This document shows positions 49,482-62,978 of a DNA stretch of 64,000 nt, one piece after another. The notes beneath the pieces are model-generated. The model was given only the letters and a program-made list of their open reading frames with translations, was not told where the DNA came from and did no database searches. The DNA lies in the NCBI RefSeq assembly GCF_018350175.1, contig NC_058368.1, positions 31,622,001 through 31,686,000 on the forward strand, in the 5' to 3' direction. The position numbers and the translations under genes were made by a program. Within the stretch, counting starts at the first letter, position 1. Every line of letters starts with the position of its first letter. The DNA comes from Felis catus (taxonomy: Eukaryota).

Positions 49482-50448
49482 ATAATATATAGTATTTAAT
49501 CTCAGGATGAATTTATGATGATGTATTCCCTTCTCTAGGATGATAAATTTAATTTTATTCAATTTATTAAAACATCTCTGTGTAATACTTGCATAGATAG
49601 ACACTCTGGTGGACATCAAGGTAAGAAAAAAAATCATAAATGACTGAGCCCTCACAAGTCTTAGGAATAATAAAAACATAAATTAAAAGATCAATTTCCT
49701 TTAAAAGAATAAGGAATAATGTTTAGGGGAGCAGAGCCCTTGAGATTTATTTTTCCTGGTCGTCTTAGTAAAGAATTATGGAGCAAATAGTAGAAAAAGA
49801 AGAAACGGAGAAAATAGACTGCCACCATTCTCAAATTCATGCAATGTTGCCTGTGCTCACCCCCATTAACAAGGTAATAGCTTTCACAACTGCTTTTGTA
49901 ACTGCAGAATTTCTTATTGAAAACAATCTTATCACTACATGTAAAAGGCAATGCTAATCCAATTAAAACAACAATGGGGTGCCTAGAGCCAGGCCTACTT
50001 GCCTTCCCAGTTTGAAATATATGACCTAAAGAATAAAACTAAAACTCCAAAGTATTCAAGGTTCCTTCACAATCTTTCCACAGTCTACACCTTTAGGTTT
50101 ATCTCCATCTTCTTTTAAAAAGAAGCTGTACTGAGGTATAAATGACATACAATAAACTGCACACATTTTAAGTATAACAATTGATGATTTTTGATTTATG
50201 TATGCACCTGCTCAGCTATTGTTATAATCAAAATAAGGAACATATCCATCACCCTCAAAAGTTTCCCTCTCCCTCTCTTTTTCCTCCACTTTTCTGTCTC
50301 TAATCACTGGCCCAATGTCAATCATTATAGATGCATTGACCTTTCCAGAATTTTATAAAACTGACATCATACACTTTGCTTGGGTTCTTTTACCAAACAA
50401 TTTTAAGATTCATTGCTATTCTTGTGTGCATCAAAAATTTGTTCTTGT

Positions 50449-50668
50449 GGAGTGCCTGGGTGGCTCAGTTGGTTAAGCATTGAACTCTCTTGATTTCAGC
50501 TCAGGTCATGATCTCATGGTTCATGGGATCGAGCCCTGCATCAGACACTGTGTTGACAGCACAGAGCCTGCTTGAATTTCTCTCTCTCTCTCTGTCCCTC
50601 CCCTGCTTACACATGTGCATGCTCTCTCTTTCTCTCTTTCTCTCACAATAAATAAACATTTAAACAAA
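50449..50668 (+). mobile_element. Can-SINE
   Basis: ggagtgcctgggtggctcag head, CT body, aataaataaac tail. Confidence 0.93.
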
Positions 50669-50846
50669 ATTTGTTTCTTTGCTGAATAATATTCCATCAT
50701 ATGGATGTATCATATTTTGCCTCATTCATTTATTGATGGGCACTTGGGTTTCAAGTTAGGTTTTAGTTATTAACATAAACTTATAGGTACCTTTTTATTT
50801 AAAATAGATTTTTCCAGAATAACATGCAATGGAATTATGTTTTCTA

Positions 50847-51068
50847 GTTTTTTTTTTTATTTAAAAAATTTTTAAAACCTTTATTTATTGTTGAGAGACA
50901 GAGCATGAGCAGAAGAGGGGCAAAGAGAGAGGAAGACACAGAATCCGAAGCAGGCTCCTGTCTCTGAGCTGTCAGCACAGAGCCCACGCGGGGCTCAAAC
51001 CCACAAACCGCAAGATCATGACCTGAGCCGAAGTCAGACACTTAACCGACTAAGCCACCCAGGTGCCC
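50847..51068 (-). mobile_element. Can-SINE
   Basis: Reverse SINE; TSD core gttttcta at 50839-50846 and 51069-51076. Confidence 0.94.
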
Positions 51069-51120
51069 GTTTTCTATTTTTTGTACCTGTGGTTTATTCA
51101 CTTGTTTATCTTTTTCTGCC

Positions 51121-51361
51121 TTTTTTTTTTTTTTTTTTTTTTTTAATTTTATTTTTTTCAACGTTTATTTATTTTTGGGACAGAGAGAGACAGAGCATGA
51201 ACGGGGGAGGGGCAGAGAGAGAGGGAGACACAGAATTGGAAACAGGCTCCAGGCTCTGAGCCATCAGCCCAGAGCCTGACGCGGGGCTCGAACTCACAGA
51301 CCGTGAGATCGTGACCTGGCTGAAGTCGGACGCTTAACCGACTGTGCCACCCGGGCGCCCC
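51121..51361 (-). mobile_element. Young Can-SINE with a long pure poly(A)
   Basis: Pure T run 51121-51144, CpG-intact body; TSD tgcc+Tn on both sides. Confidence 0.96.
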
Positions 51362-52584
51362 TGCCTTTTTTTTAAACATACTTTTTAATCTCATTTTATT
51401 GCCTTTGTTGGTCTATCCATTATAATTCCCTGTTGTATTATTTTAGTAGTTGCTTTAAGACTTAGAGTATACACACATACTTTATCACAATCCCCCTTCA
51501 CATGATATTACACTCTTTCCTACATCAATCAATATATTTTTTGCCCTCCCAACTATGGTGCTCTTATTGTCATGTATTTTATTTCAACATATATAGGACC
51601 CAGTATATTATAGCCATTTATACTTTACACAGCTGGCTGTCTCAAGTAGATTTTAGTAATAAGAAAAAAACTTCATTGGTGAATGTTGTTATAGTCTCCA
51701 GTGCTGTCTATTCCTTTGTGTCGATCTAGAACTGTGTCTGCTTTAATTTTGCTTCTGTTTGAAGGACTTGCTGGTGCATTCTTGTTGTGCAGGCATGCTA
51801 ATTTTTTTCAGTTTTTGAATGTTTTAGAATGTCTATTTTTCTCCCCTGGGTAAAAATATACCCTTAGATTGACAGTTTTGTTTTGTTTTTTTAATTTTGT
51901 TTGTTAGTTTTTTTTAACCTTTCCATACTTTAAACATGTTGCTCCACTATCTTCTAGCTCATAGTGTTTTTAATGAGAAATATGAAATATGTTCTCACCC
52001 TCATCTTTGTCCCTTTGTGTATAAATGTGTTTTTCCCCCTCTCTGGCTGTTTTAAAGATTTTTTTATAAATATATATATATAATTGCTGATTTAAAGCAA
52101 TCTTATGATGTAACTGTATTTTTCTTCATGTATCTTGTGATCAGGATTCATACAGCTTCTTGAATCAGTGGTTTTATAGTTTTTATTAATTTGGTTTCTT
52201 TTCAGCCTTTATTTCTTAAAATGTATTTTCTGTTTGCCCTGATTCCTTTCAAGTGTGCTCCTTGAAGTTGTCCCACAGCTCACTAAAAGCTCTGTTTATT
52301 TATTAACACGTTTTTCCCTCTATGCTTTATTTTGGATAGGGTCTATTAATACGACCAGTTTCACTAGTTTTTCTTTCTGCTGTGTCAATTCAACTGCAAA
52401 TTCTAGCCAGTGTATTTTTCATTCCAGATAGTGTAGCTTTCAGACCTAGAATTTTAATTTGGAAGTTTTTATACCTTCCACATCACAACTGAACATAGTC
52501 AGTCTTTCCTCCAGCTTCTAGAACATGTGAAATAGTTACAATAACTGAGTTAATGTCCTTGTCTACTAGTCCTATCATCTATGT

Positions 52585-53046
52585 TGAAGGGTGCAGGATG
52601 AGACACCCCAAAATGTGCCACTCTGACACAAAGATTATTTTGAGCTAAAAGTAAAACCCAGCAGGTGTAGAGAAAGCTCTCTACCTCCCCTATAGCTGCC
52701 TAAATTTATGGTGGAAAGAAAAGCTGGTATAGGGAAGAGAGCTATTAACAGAGACTCCACTTTACCTAAGACACTTACCTGCATAATAGGACAACCTTTG
52801 TTTTTCAAAAGATCGCCTTTCATCTTCCTTCCAATGGTTCCTTCTCTTTGTATCCTCAGATCTTACCCCTCTCCTTAGCTCATAAATGCTTTTGTGTCGT
52901 AACTGTCTTTCGAATTTCATGTCTGTGTGGATTCCCATGCATACGTCTGTTAAATTTGATTTTCTCCTGTTAATCTGTCTCGTATCAATTTAATTCTAAG
53001 TCCAGCTAGAAGGACCACAGGGCAGAGGAAGGTCTTCTTCCTTGTA
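52585..53046 (+). mobile_element. MER34-family solo LTR
   Basis: Starts tgaagggtgcagg..accccaaaatgtgccactctgacacaaagattattttgagctaaa (recalled MER34 5' end); 4-bp TSD atgt at 52581-52584 and 53047-53050. Confidence 0.82.
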
Positions 53047-53057
53047 ATGTCAATTCT

Positions 53058-53462
53058 TCTTCTTCTTTTTTTTTTTTTAATTCAAGTTAGTTAATATGGT
53101 GTAGTATTGGTTTCAGAAGTAGAATTAAGTGATTCATCACTTACATATAACACCCAGTGCCCATCCCATCAAGTGCCCTCCTTAATGCCCATCACCCATT
53201 TAGCCCATCCCTCCACCCAACAGCCCTCCAGCAACTGTTTGTTCTCTACATTGAAGAGTCTCTTATGGTTTTCCTCTTTCTTTTTATCTTATTTTTCCTT
53301 CCCTTCCCCTATGTTCATCTGTTTTGTTTTTTAAACTCCACATATGAGTGAAATCATATAGTATTTTTCTTTCTCTGACTGACTTATTTAGCTTAGCATA
53401 GTATACTCTGGTTCCATCCACATTGCTGCAAATGGCAAGATTTCAGTCTTTTTGATCACCAA
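53058..53462 (-). mobile_element. 5'-truncated carnivore L1 3' fragment
   Basis: T tail and L1_Carn 3' UTR (aacacccagtgcccatcccatcaagtgccctccttaat); TSD gtcaattct at 53049-53057 and 53463-53471. Confidence 0.9.
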
Positions 53463-54056
53463 GTCAATTCTGAGTCAGTATCAATTCACTGATTTTTTTT
53501 TCCTCATTACGGATAATAATTGCCTTCTTTGCATGCCTTCTAAGTTCTGATTGGATGCTAGCAATATGGATTTTACTTTGTTTCTTTGTTTCCAAGTTAC
53601 TTGGAAAAGCTTGATCCTTTTGAGTCTTTCTTTTAAGCTTTGTTACTTAAGAGAATGGGTTTTGGTCTAGGACCAATTTTTCTCACTGTTTAAGCAATAT
53701 AAGTCTGATTACACATTGCCCTGAGAATTACAAGGTTTTCCATTCTGGCCAGAGGGAATAAACACTATTACACAGTCCTGTGTGAGTGCCAGAATTGTGA
53801 TCTCTAATCCTTACAGTATTCTCCTTGCCTCCCTCCTCGCTCCCCCACCGCCAACCTCAGACAATTTACTCTTATGCCTAGGGTGTTCAGTGCTGTGCTG
53901 AATCCTCAAAGGGAACTCTAAAGATCTCAGGATTTCTCTATGTATGAAGCTCTCTCCTTTGTGGTATTCCAGCCTCTTCGGTCTCACCAGACTGTCAGCT
54001 CCACCCTTGTATTCCTGGAACCAGTGGGGCCTCTGCTTGGATTGCTCCTCCTGCAC

Positions 54057-54387
54057 TGTAGCAGGATTCTCGCGCAGAGAGATGGGACACTGAGGCTCTT
54101 CTTCCCAGGAAGCAGCTTTACTTGTTTGGTCCCCGGGTCGCGGGCTAAGACCACCCCCCCAAAAGGCTGAGCCCCAAGCACAGTGGGGTGTAGCCTTTTA
54201 TGCAATTTCCACCTCTTTGTTTCCCATGTATGGTGACACATATAGTCTAATTAGACACAGTCCAAGTTACAGAGTGGTGTCAGAGTTATGCATACGTGCA
54301 TAGGAGTTGCTTGGGTCAGGTTGCACATTGCCTGCCTTTATTCTGAGAAGGCCTCCACCACATGCCTTAGGGAGGGACTCCACCACA
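54057..54387 (-). mobile_element. Solo LTR (331 bp, class I-type 4-bp TSD)
   Basis: TG...CA ends with TSD gcac at 54053-54056 and 54388-54391; minus-strand cataaaa TATA-like motif (~54196-54203) and agtaaa poly(A)-like signal (~54116-54121). Confidence 0.85.
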
Positions 54388-56599
54388 GCACGACAGTCTG
54401 GGATTATAAATTGCAACATTGAATCTCACCACATTTGTTTTAGGTCTCTCAGGCATCGGTATACTTTGTTGCCTTATGTTTAGCGCCATAAAAATAGTGG
54501 GTTTCTTTATATATTTTGTCCTTTCTTTTAGTTTTTTCAGGCTAAAAGGTAATTTCTGTCCTTTAAAACTCATTTTTTTTTCCGGAAGTATAGGTCTCCC
54601 TTGCAGTTTAAAATCTAGTCAAAACAAATGTTTAGCCCAGCAAGTACACCTTGTTCCTGCGTATACCCAATGCCCCTGCCATCCCCTCTTACATGTCCTT
54701 GCTCCCTCTCCTTCTGATTAACACCAGCTGAATTTTTTTCAAACCACACTCCAATCCTCTGATTAGTTTTTCTAAATGCTCTCAGGCACAGTTATTCCTT
54801 TTTTTTCTCCCGCGCACACTGCGCTTTACCCATTACTTTATTGTAGCCCCAAGAAAAGTTTCATCATTATTTATTTAGAGTTTTTTTCCCTGTTCATTCA
54901 GTTAAGCCATGTCCTATTTCCTTGTGTATTCAGAATATAGCACAATGTTTAGCTCATTAACAGAACCTAGTAAAATTTGTTGTCTGAATCATACATCCAA
55001 AGCATTGTATCTTTCTCTGTAATCAGGAACACAAATAGCTGGCATAAAAAGAGGAAACTGAAGCAAGATGTGTACATTTTTCATGACTCCTTTAAGTTAC
55101 AATTTGTTGTAAAATTTTCATTTGTTGGTAAATAGTAGTCAAATATATGTGCTGATTGTCTAGGAAAAATAATTGCTCACTTAGATTTTCTTTTTAAAAA
55201 TTTTGTTCTATTTCCATATATTTTTTTGATTTCTGGTATAGAGAAAATTTGCATAATTTATACAACTGCCAACATAATATATCCATCCTTATGATTTATT
55301 AAAGCTATCTCAAGCTGAAATATAAATGTACTATCGTGCTGTATCATACCATACACCATAAAATATTTGATTAATGATCAAAGAGGAATTGGAGAAATAT
55401 GTTGGTTGTCAGATAAATAAAAGCAGTTTTTAAAAGCATGATATTCTAGTACCATGACAAAATAAAGGGGGAGGGAATATTCGATGAAGCTCTCACAAAG
55501 AAGTAAGAAATGTACCCTGGCCTATTACTCCAATCTCTCTGCTCAGTACCACAACACCAAGCTAACCATTTCACATTACTCAGACTATTACTCATGTTTA
55601 GCTATCTTCTGAACTAAAAGCTATCTGTAGGTATTTATTTTTAACCATTCTTTGGTTCTTTGATTTACATGTTTTCCCCAATATTTTCAAGTATAAAATA
55701 GAATCTTCTGGTCCTGTATCTCCTTACTGCCCATTCATACTTAATATGTTTCTTTTGGTGTCTAAGAATCTGTTTCCCAAAGCACCATAGGCAATTCTGA
55801 TGCAGCTAGTCTGGAAATAAGTGTCTGGAAACACTGCCTGAGGTTGATGTTTTGGGAGTAAGTAGTGCAAAAGTCCATACAGCAACAATATTCTGGGAAC
55901 GTACCCTCCAAGAAAAGTGACAATGGGTCTTGATTTACTTGTTAGATCAAAATTAAGCTGTTGTTTATTCCTGCATGCTTCCTTACCTATGTGTCCATTA
56001 CTGAATATTTGGTTCTGGATGGGGTTGATTGATGTTTGTAGTAATAGAGTATTTCAGTTTGAGGACTTCTGGGTAGGAGACAACAAGAGTATGTGAGGAA
56101 GGACATTTCATGCTTAGAGGTGATACCCTGTATAAGCTTTGAGTCACAATCATGGGTATACATCCAAGATTAGAAAAGAATGCATGCAACTAAAGCTTAT
56201 ACAATGTAATAATTTACTGATTTCACAGTGCCATAATCCCTCACTGGGATTCAGCCAGTTCTTGCCTACATGATTCGGTGGCAGACATCTTCAATGAAGT
56301 AATAGAGTGGGCAGCTTTCAGGCTGGCAGATCTCTGGTTTTATCATAGACTGTTTTCTCTTCAAAGAAGTGTTTTCATCTCACATTGCTGAAAATCTCCA
56401 TATTCTGGCCTTGTGATGCTTCCTGTCAATGTCTGTCATCAGTAAAATTTCAGATGGCAAGGCAGACTCTGCTATCTATACCTCACTAAAGTCCCCAAAT
56501 GTTAGTCAAGTATATGTCAACTTAGATTCTCAACAACTCTTAGAGAGATTTTGGTCACAAGACTAGTTTCTAAAAAAGTAAAAATACCGAGTAAAATTT

Positions 56600-56820
56600 G
56601 CTGTCCTTCATTCTTCCTCCTGGCTGGAATGTGGATATAGTAGCTGAAGCTCTAGTAGCTGTTTTGTACTTTACAGAATTTCACCATAGCAGAATAGTGA
56701 AACCAAAAGTTGTAGTGAGTCGAGTTGCTTACAACTTTGTTAAACTCATCTAAGCCCCTGATTGCTGATCTCTGACCATAGTATACGAAATAAGAAAATG
56801 TTATGTGTTTAGGCCATGGC
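56600..56820 (+). mobile_element. Old MaLR LTR fragment (MLT1J/K-like)
   Basis: cttcctcctggctggaatgtggatatagtagctgaagctctagtagc...ttatgtgtttaggcca. Confidence 0.55.
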
Positions 56821-59367
56821 TAACTTGGATTTACCTTTGTACATAGCTTAACCTAATCCTGATACCTTGGAGTAACATATCACTTTGCCTTTTGTCAGTT
56901 CTTAGGTCTTTATGAGGAATGTGATAGTTTAGCATACAGACCCTGTCAAACAATTGGTGATTATTGTGTTGATTTTTGGCTATTACTATTACAACTACTG
57001 TTCTGTTACCATTACATAGATTGACCCCAGTCGCCTTCACTAATGCAATCATTCACATACATTCATATAGAGATTACTCTGCATTACATTTCCAGGCAGA
57101 GATGTTCTGGGACAGGAGTAAAGCCTTAGATAAACAAACAGGAAACAGAGATATGAGCTCAGCAAAAGTATTCTCAGAATACAGGGCTGGATGGAAATGG
57201 GTAATTATTCTCATTTGCTAAGAGAAAAACATGAAGCCCCCAGAAGGAAATGGAATAGTTGTAAGTCACAGAACTTTTCTGATACCTCACTGGATCCCTG
57301 ATATTCCATTAATCCATCCTCCCAGGTTCAAAGCCATTTCCAGGCGTGGGTGCTGGTTTGGGGACTTCCAAGCCCTTGGATGACAAAGAGGCTACACCTG
57401 GAGGTGCTGGCTTTGGTATCCAGTTTTATAGAAGCTTTTTCCAGAATCCTATGCCCTTGAATGCAGTGAAGTGTCTAGCTAGTTTTTCGTTTACATCTGG
57501 AACATGATTATTGCTACAAATATGGCTAAAGAAGCAACATTCAACACTGCAGCAAGTATCATGTGGCCCAAGATGCAGATGTTATAAGTCAATGCAAAGG
57601 GGAAAGACACTTGGATGACCAGATCGCGTTTGTGTAAATAAGGCAGAGCCTTCAGTGACTTGTGACCACATGGAGATGCCTTGACGATAGCTGTGGTCTA
57701 TATAACAGTACTTCAACGGTGAAAAAAATTTCATGCTGGAAAGCAGAAGATACTTTTCTCGTACTTTCTCTGTCATTATGTTGAGATAGAACTTTAAAAT
57801 TACTTAACATCTTCAGGCATTGCTGCCCTCATCTGTGTGTCAAATGTGTCACACTACATTATAACTAATGCCTATTTTTTCTCTAAAACTATATTTCTGG
57901 TACAGTGAGTTTAGATAAGGATTTAGTGTCTGCTTTTGTGTCTACATTGAAAAACAAAAAAAAAACAAAAAGCAAGTAGTTAATTCAGTACAAACAGCCA
58001 AATCTTGTATACACAGCCGGAATGGGATGTGCATTCCAGGAACAGGTTTTGATAGGCTGGGTACGGCTATCCCATATAATAAGATAGTTCAAGGCTTCAA
58101 ATTTAAGCATCTCTGGTGGGAAGATCCAAGTATCACAAATCACATACATCTTGACCTTATGAGAGGAGGAGGTGGAGGTTGGAAAACAAACTAAAGTGGC
58201 TCTACAGGTCAGGAGGCATTACTAAGTCATTTTCTGCAATGGCCATCAGAAATTGCTAGGCAAAGTTCCTGTTGTACTTGAACAGAGCTCCTAGCATAAT
58301 GTCTGGAGATTTAAAATGGAAATATACCAGTCATTATGAATGAATAACAGCTATGCTAAAATCACTCACAGCACATTTTTCTTGAGCTGTCAGTAGGAAC
58401 AATCATCAACATTATTTTATTTGTCTTCAGAATCTCTGCCTTACTAAATTCTTATTATTAACTAGTAAAGTACTAACGATTTGAGTTAAATGCCGTAGGC
58501 AACTCAAAGTCATTTGTATCTATTGTATATCTCAATGACAGGGATGTCAACAACCTTGATTTCTTCCCTTAACCTATGGAGCAACAAGAACAATCTATTT
58601 GATTCACTTAAAGGCACTTGCAGATTTGTCCGTTCTTCAGCAAACTACAAGCAGCATGTAAGGTCTCCTCATTTATTCACAGCTTTCTTTCGCATTGCAT
58701 GAACGATCTCATTTAAAACCACAGAGAATCTATTGCTAGAATAGATACTAGAATAGGTGATTATTCTTAAAATACAGATTTTGGTCATCAGCAGATTTAA
58801 AGTAAATGGTGTGCATGGGCAGGAGATTGATGACAAGATTTAGGTCATGAGTTTCTACATGTGAGTTTTAATATTTAGTGCAGAATTTCCTCTCTCCAGG
58901 TAAAAGTCTGTTGCTTTTGTAATCTTCGTTTGTTTATTTATTTTAGTTCTCCTCCACAGAGTGCAATGACATACCATCTTCTGTCTGGTTTCTCAAAATG
59001 AAAGTAGATTTATTTAGTCTTTTTCATTAGAATACTTCATGTTATTTATAGTTAATATTATCTTTAAGGTACAAAAGGATTTCTATCTTATTTTTGTTTT
59101 CTGGATTCAATTTTAGTGGGCTTTTCTTGAAATTCAGTCAGTAAATGCCTTGGGAATCCGAAGACAGTTGGGAGAAAATCAAAGAAATAGATATATTTTC
59201 TTTTCTCAAGCAAACTTTGCAAACTTATGGAGATCTATTTATCTAATAGGGATGTAGAATGATAGACATACATGCACACATACCTATAAATTCTCTGTAA
59301 TATATATTATAACAACATCACAAATATACTGGCCAAAAGAGACATCATGTTCCTCAAGATTTATATT

Positions 59368-59545
59368 TCAGAGTCCTGACTTCACCATTCACGAGCTGTA
59401 TGAGCATGAGAGAGTCGCTATATTCCTCAGTTTCCCCCTCTGTAAATGGGGACTCTGTTGCTACTTACGGGATGATAGAATTGAATAAAACAGGAGTGAA
59501 ACAGCTAATGTAGTGTTTGAATATAGTAACTCTTCTCTCAGTTAC
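59368..59545. mobile_element. MIR
   Basis: gagtcctgacttcaccattcacgagctgt...cctcagtttccccctctgtaaatgggga. Confidence 0.72.
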
Positions 59546-60880
59546 AATTAGTATACATAATCTATATGTGAGATGAGAGCAACATGAGTTCAAAGTTAAC
59601 ACCAATTACTTTAGATTGGCCCTGGGAGAAATCAGGGAGGAAGCACATTCAGATTTTGATTCTCAGGCACTAGAATAGGGCACATCCTTTTTTTGCCAAG
59701 TGACAAGAATGAAGAAGGAAAAATAAGCAAAAGTTGAATGAGGCATGGTGTAAATTACTCCACCCACATCCTAAATACCCACCTAAGGCATATGCGACAG
59801 GCCCTGAGGTGACCACTCAAAAGAGCCCTCGGGGTTACCAGAACACACCAAACTTTAATCACATTTCCAAGATCTCTTGGCTCATCCAGGGGCTGTAGGG
59901 CTCAAATGCTAATGGCTTCACAATCCTCTTCTCTGACGGTTTGTTTCAAATATACATGTCTGCTAACACCTACCCTTCCCAGTAGCCTCTCTGGTAGAAT
60001 GCCTCATGAGTCCTTTTCCTTCCTCCCATCTTGAGCCAGCTTGCTTTGCACGTGTTCATTGTGTGCTTCTGTAGCAACCTGATCTTTCCTATGACAGCAC
60101 TTATTACCATGCACTGTGTTTTTCAACTTACATTTTGTTTCTCCAATAAACTGTAATCTCCTTGTAGCCAAGGATAATATTTTGTCATCATAGTGCATAC
60201 CTAACACATGGTTAGTTCTTAATATTTGTGTAAAGAAATGGCGTCTCCACTTTCTCATCATTTAAGTTGGTATTACATTCCTCTGTGAATGCTAACATCC
60301 CTTAGTTTTAACATCCTAATAAGATACTAGTCACAGTCATAATAGTATCTTGAATTAATGTAGACATTCTTTTGGTTTTACTTTTCAAAAATGCAATCAC
60401 AGCTAAAATCTGTGCTCCTGCAACATGGCTTATTATAATGAAAAGTGGAAAAAAAATCTCTAGAAGATTTAAGAAGACTGGGGACACATTAGAAACTTTT
60501 AAATTACTTTCTGTCTCAGATTCTAAGAACATGTATTTTATTACTTTAACACTGCTGATATTTGAAGCTAATTCCGCAGATATGGATGATATACATGACA
60601 TCGTTTTCTGTATTATCTACTGAAAACACAAAATGTCCCTTGGTTTTCAGAAGCAGAATAAGGGAAATTACACTAATTATCCTAAAGGGTAAGTACTTGC
60701 TTCTCATTTATTGGGTTTGCTTCATGTTACATATGTTATATTTGGAATAAAGGCAAGAATCTTAACTTGGAGGCATGTCTGTGATTGATACAAAAATAGA
60801 AGTTCACATTACCCTTCAGAAAGTATTTAAATCTTGTGTATACAGAAAATTCTTCCCAGATCAAACAGAAAATATATACA

Positions 60881-61059
60881 TTTTTTTAAAAGTTTATTTA
60901 TTTATTTTGCGAGGGAATGTCAGAGAGAAGAGAGAGAATCCCATGCAGGCCCGCACTGACAGTGTGGAGCCCCATGCGGGGCTCGAACTCACGACCCTTG
61001 AGATCATGACCTGAGCCAAAGGTTGGATGCTTAACCGACTGAGCCCCCTAGGGACCCCC
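60881..61059 (-). mobile_element. Can-SINE
   Basis: Reverse SINE (gcggggctcgaactcacgacccttgagatcatgacctgagcc). Confidence 0.93.
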
Positions 61060-61263
61060 AAGCAAAATATTCTTACTCAGACATTATATCAAATGTTTAC
61101 AAATAATATCAATGTGTTTATTTAAACTCTATGTTCTTGAAAGTATTTAAATATGTTACATTACATATATGTCTCCCCATATATGTAATAAGTGTGTTCT
61201 AATATTGTGGAAATAATAGGAGGTGCCCAAAGAATTTTAAAGTGTATTTTTAATAATCCAGAG

Positions 61264-61545
61264 CAGCAGTGTCCAAAAGAAATGTAATGGGAGCCATAAA
61301 TAATTTTAAATTTTCTAGGAGCCACATTTTAAAAAGTAAAAATAATCAAGTGGAATAATACATTATCATTCCAAAAGTGAACAATAAAAATATTTATGTA
61401 TATCATAAATTCCTTTTTTCATACTAACTAGTTGAAATCCAGCGTGCATTTTATCCTTACAGTACATCTCAATTCAGACAAGCCTCATTTCAAGTGTTTA
61501 AAACTACATGTAGCTAGTGGCTACTATATTGGACCATGTAATTCT
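61264..61545. mobile_element. MER33-like hAT-Charlie MITE
   Basis: cagcagtgtccaaaagaaatgtaatgggagcca...tttctaggagccacatttt...catgtagctagtggctactatattggac. Confidence 0.8.
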
Positions 61546-62384
61546 ACAGTACAATGCTATATATATCAATATAGTAGCAGTGCACTACCTATTTTCCAAA
61601 TATCTATCATGTGTCTGTCTATATACTAAAGTATATACAGTGGAAGTATTAAAAGTGACATTAAGAAATCATATTTTCAGAAGGAAGTGTTATCAGTGAC
61701 ATTGGAAATTTTAAGGTTTCCAAGTGGATTTTCTTTATAGAAACATCCAAGCTGAAGGAGAACACACTAATCTATTAAATATTAAAGTAATAATACTTAT
61801 AATTATGGTTATAATATAACTTATGTTAAGATTTATAGTTTTGGCCCCTTACTATACCAGTATTTTTACAACATCATCAAACCCTTCTATAATATATGAA
61901 ATTCACACTGGATGAACATGTGGAAATATGGTATCCAGATACAACTATCATCTGTCATCCCACCAACTGGTTTGGTTGATATAATTATGTCTTCGGAAAA
62001 GCTGCCATTCTTTTCCTTTCTCATTGGCTCAGGAAAATAGTACTTGCTTAAGGCGAAGATATTTTACAGTTAAAATGGGAAATATGTTTTTACTCAAAGA
62101 TTTAATATCAAATGTTTACGTAAAATAATAATGTGGGTTTTTTTACAGTGCGTTTTTTTAAAGTATTTAAATATGCTACAAAATTCAGAAGAATTACTGG
62201 CTTCATACTGAAGACAGTGTTTATTCAAATGCCATAACACACACTGATAAATCTGTAAACACTAAAATGATTTATGTATTGAGAAGTACTGTCCAGTTCA
62301 GTAGTCATTAGCCACATGTGCCTAATTTAGATGTAGCTAATGTGACTGATAACCTGATTTTTTATTTTAAGTAACTTGAATGCA

Positions 62385-62900
62385 ATTTTCCCTAGCTTTA
62401 TTGAGATATAGTTGACAAATAACACTGTGTAACTTTAAGGTATACAGTGTGAGGATTTAATACATACACATATCACAAAATTATGATCACAATATGGTTA
62501 GTTTATGCCTTTATCACCTCACATAATTAGCATTGTATTTATTTTTTTGTAGTGAGAACATTTAAGATCTACTCTCTTAGTAACTTTCAAATATATAATA
62601 CAGTATTATTAACTAGAGTCACCATGCTATACATTACATCCCAGAACTTATTCATCTTATAACAGGAAGTTTGTACCCTTTAACCAACATCTGCCCAATC
62701 CCCCAAACCCCTGCTCCTAGCAACCACCATTCTGTTTCTGTGAGTTCAGCTTTTTTAGATTCCACATACAGTACTTGTCTTTTTCTGTTTGTCTGTCTAT
62801 TTCTATTTGGTTTTTTGTTTGTTTGCTATTCAGTTTTAAGAGTACTTTATATACTTTGAATATTAACCCCCTTATTAGACAGATGTTTTGCAAAGATTTT
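62385..62900 (-). mobile_element. L1MA-type 3' fragment
   Basis: agctttattgagatatagttgacaaataacactgtgtaactttaagg..., catttaagatctactctcttagtaactttcaa..., tattaacccccttattagacagatg. Confidence 0.85.
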
Positions 62901-62948
62901 TATTTAAATTTTAAAACTGATCCTCCACTCAGTTTGATTGTTGGAAAC

Positions 62949-62978
62949 TTTTAGTATATGTGCTGCTGAAGCGAGCAC
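62949..62978 (-). pseudogene. RNU6: U6 snRNA 5'-end retropseudogene (nt 1-30), tailless
   Basis: Reverse complement gtgctcgcttcagcagcacatatactaaaa versus U6 GTGCTCGCTTCGGCAGCACATATACTAAAA (one CpG-type G>A change); flanked by perfect 15-bp TSD tgttggaaactttta at 62939-62953 and 62979-62993. Confidence 0.93.

Larger units (their letters stand above)
50115..54565 (-). mobile_element. Old L1M fragments hosting at least six younger insertions
   Basis: L1M 3' end (tactgaggtataaatgacatacaataaactgcacacatttta) and T-rich antisense L1 body (gctccactatcttctagctcatagtgtttttaatgagaaat; cagcttcttgaatc..ggttttatagtttt). Confidence 0.78.

Noticed and set aside
60579..60696. Plus-strand segment ending in a strong donor aagg|gtaagt
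   Set aside because: Acceptor choice is ambiguous and the peptides are unrecognised; cannot be supported from sequence alone.
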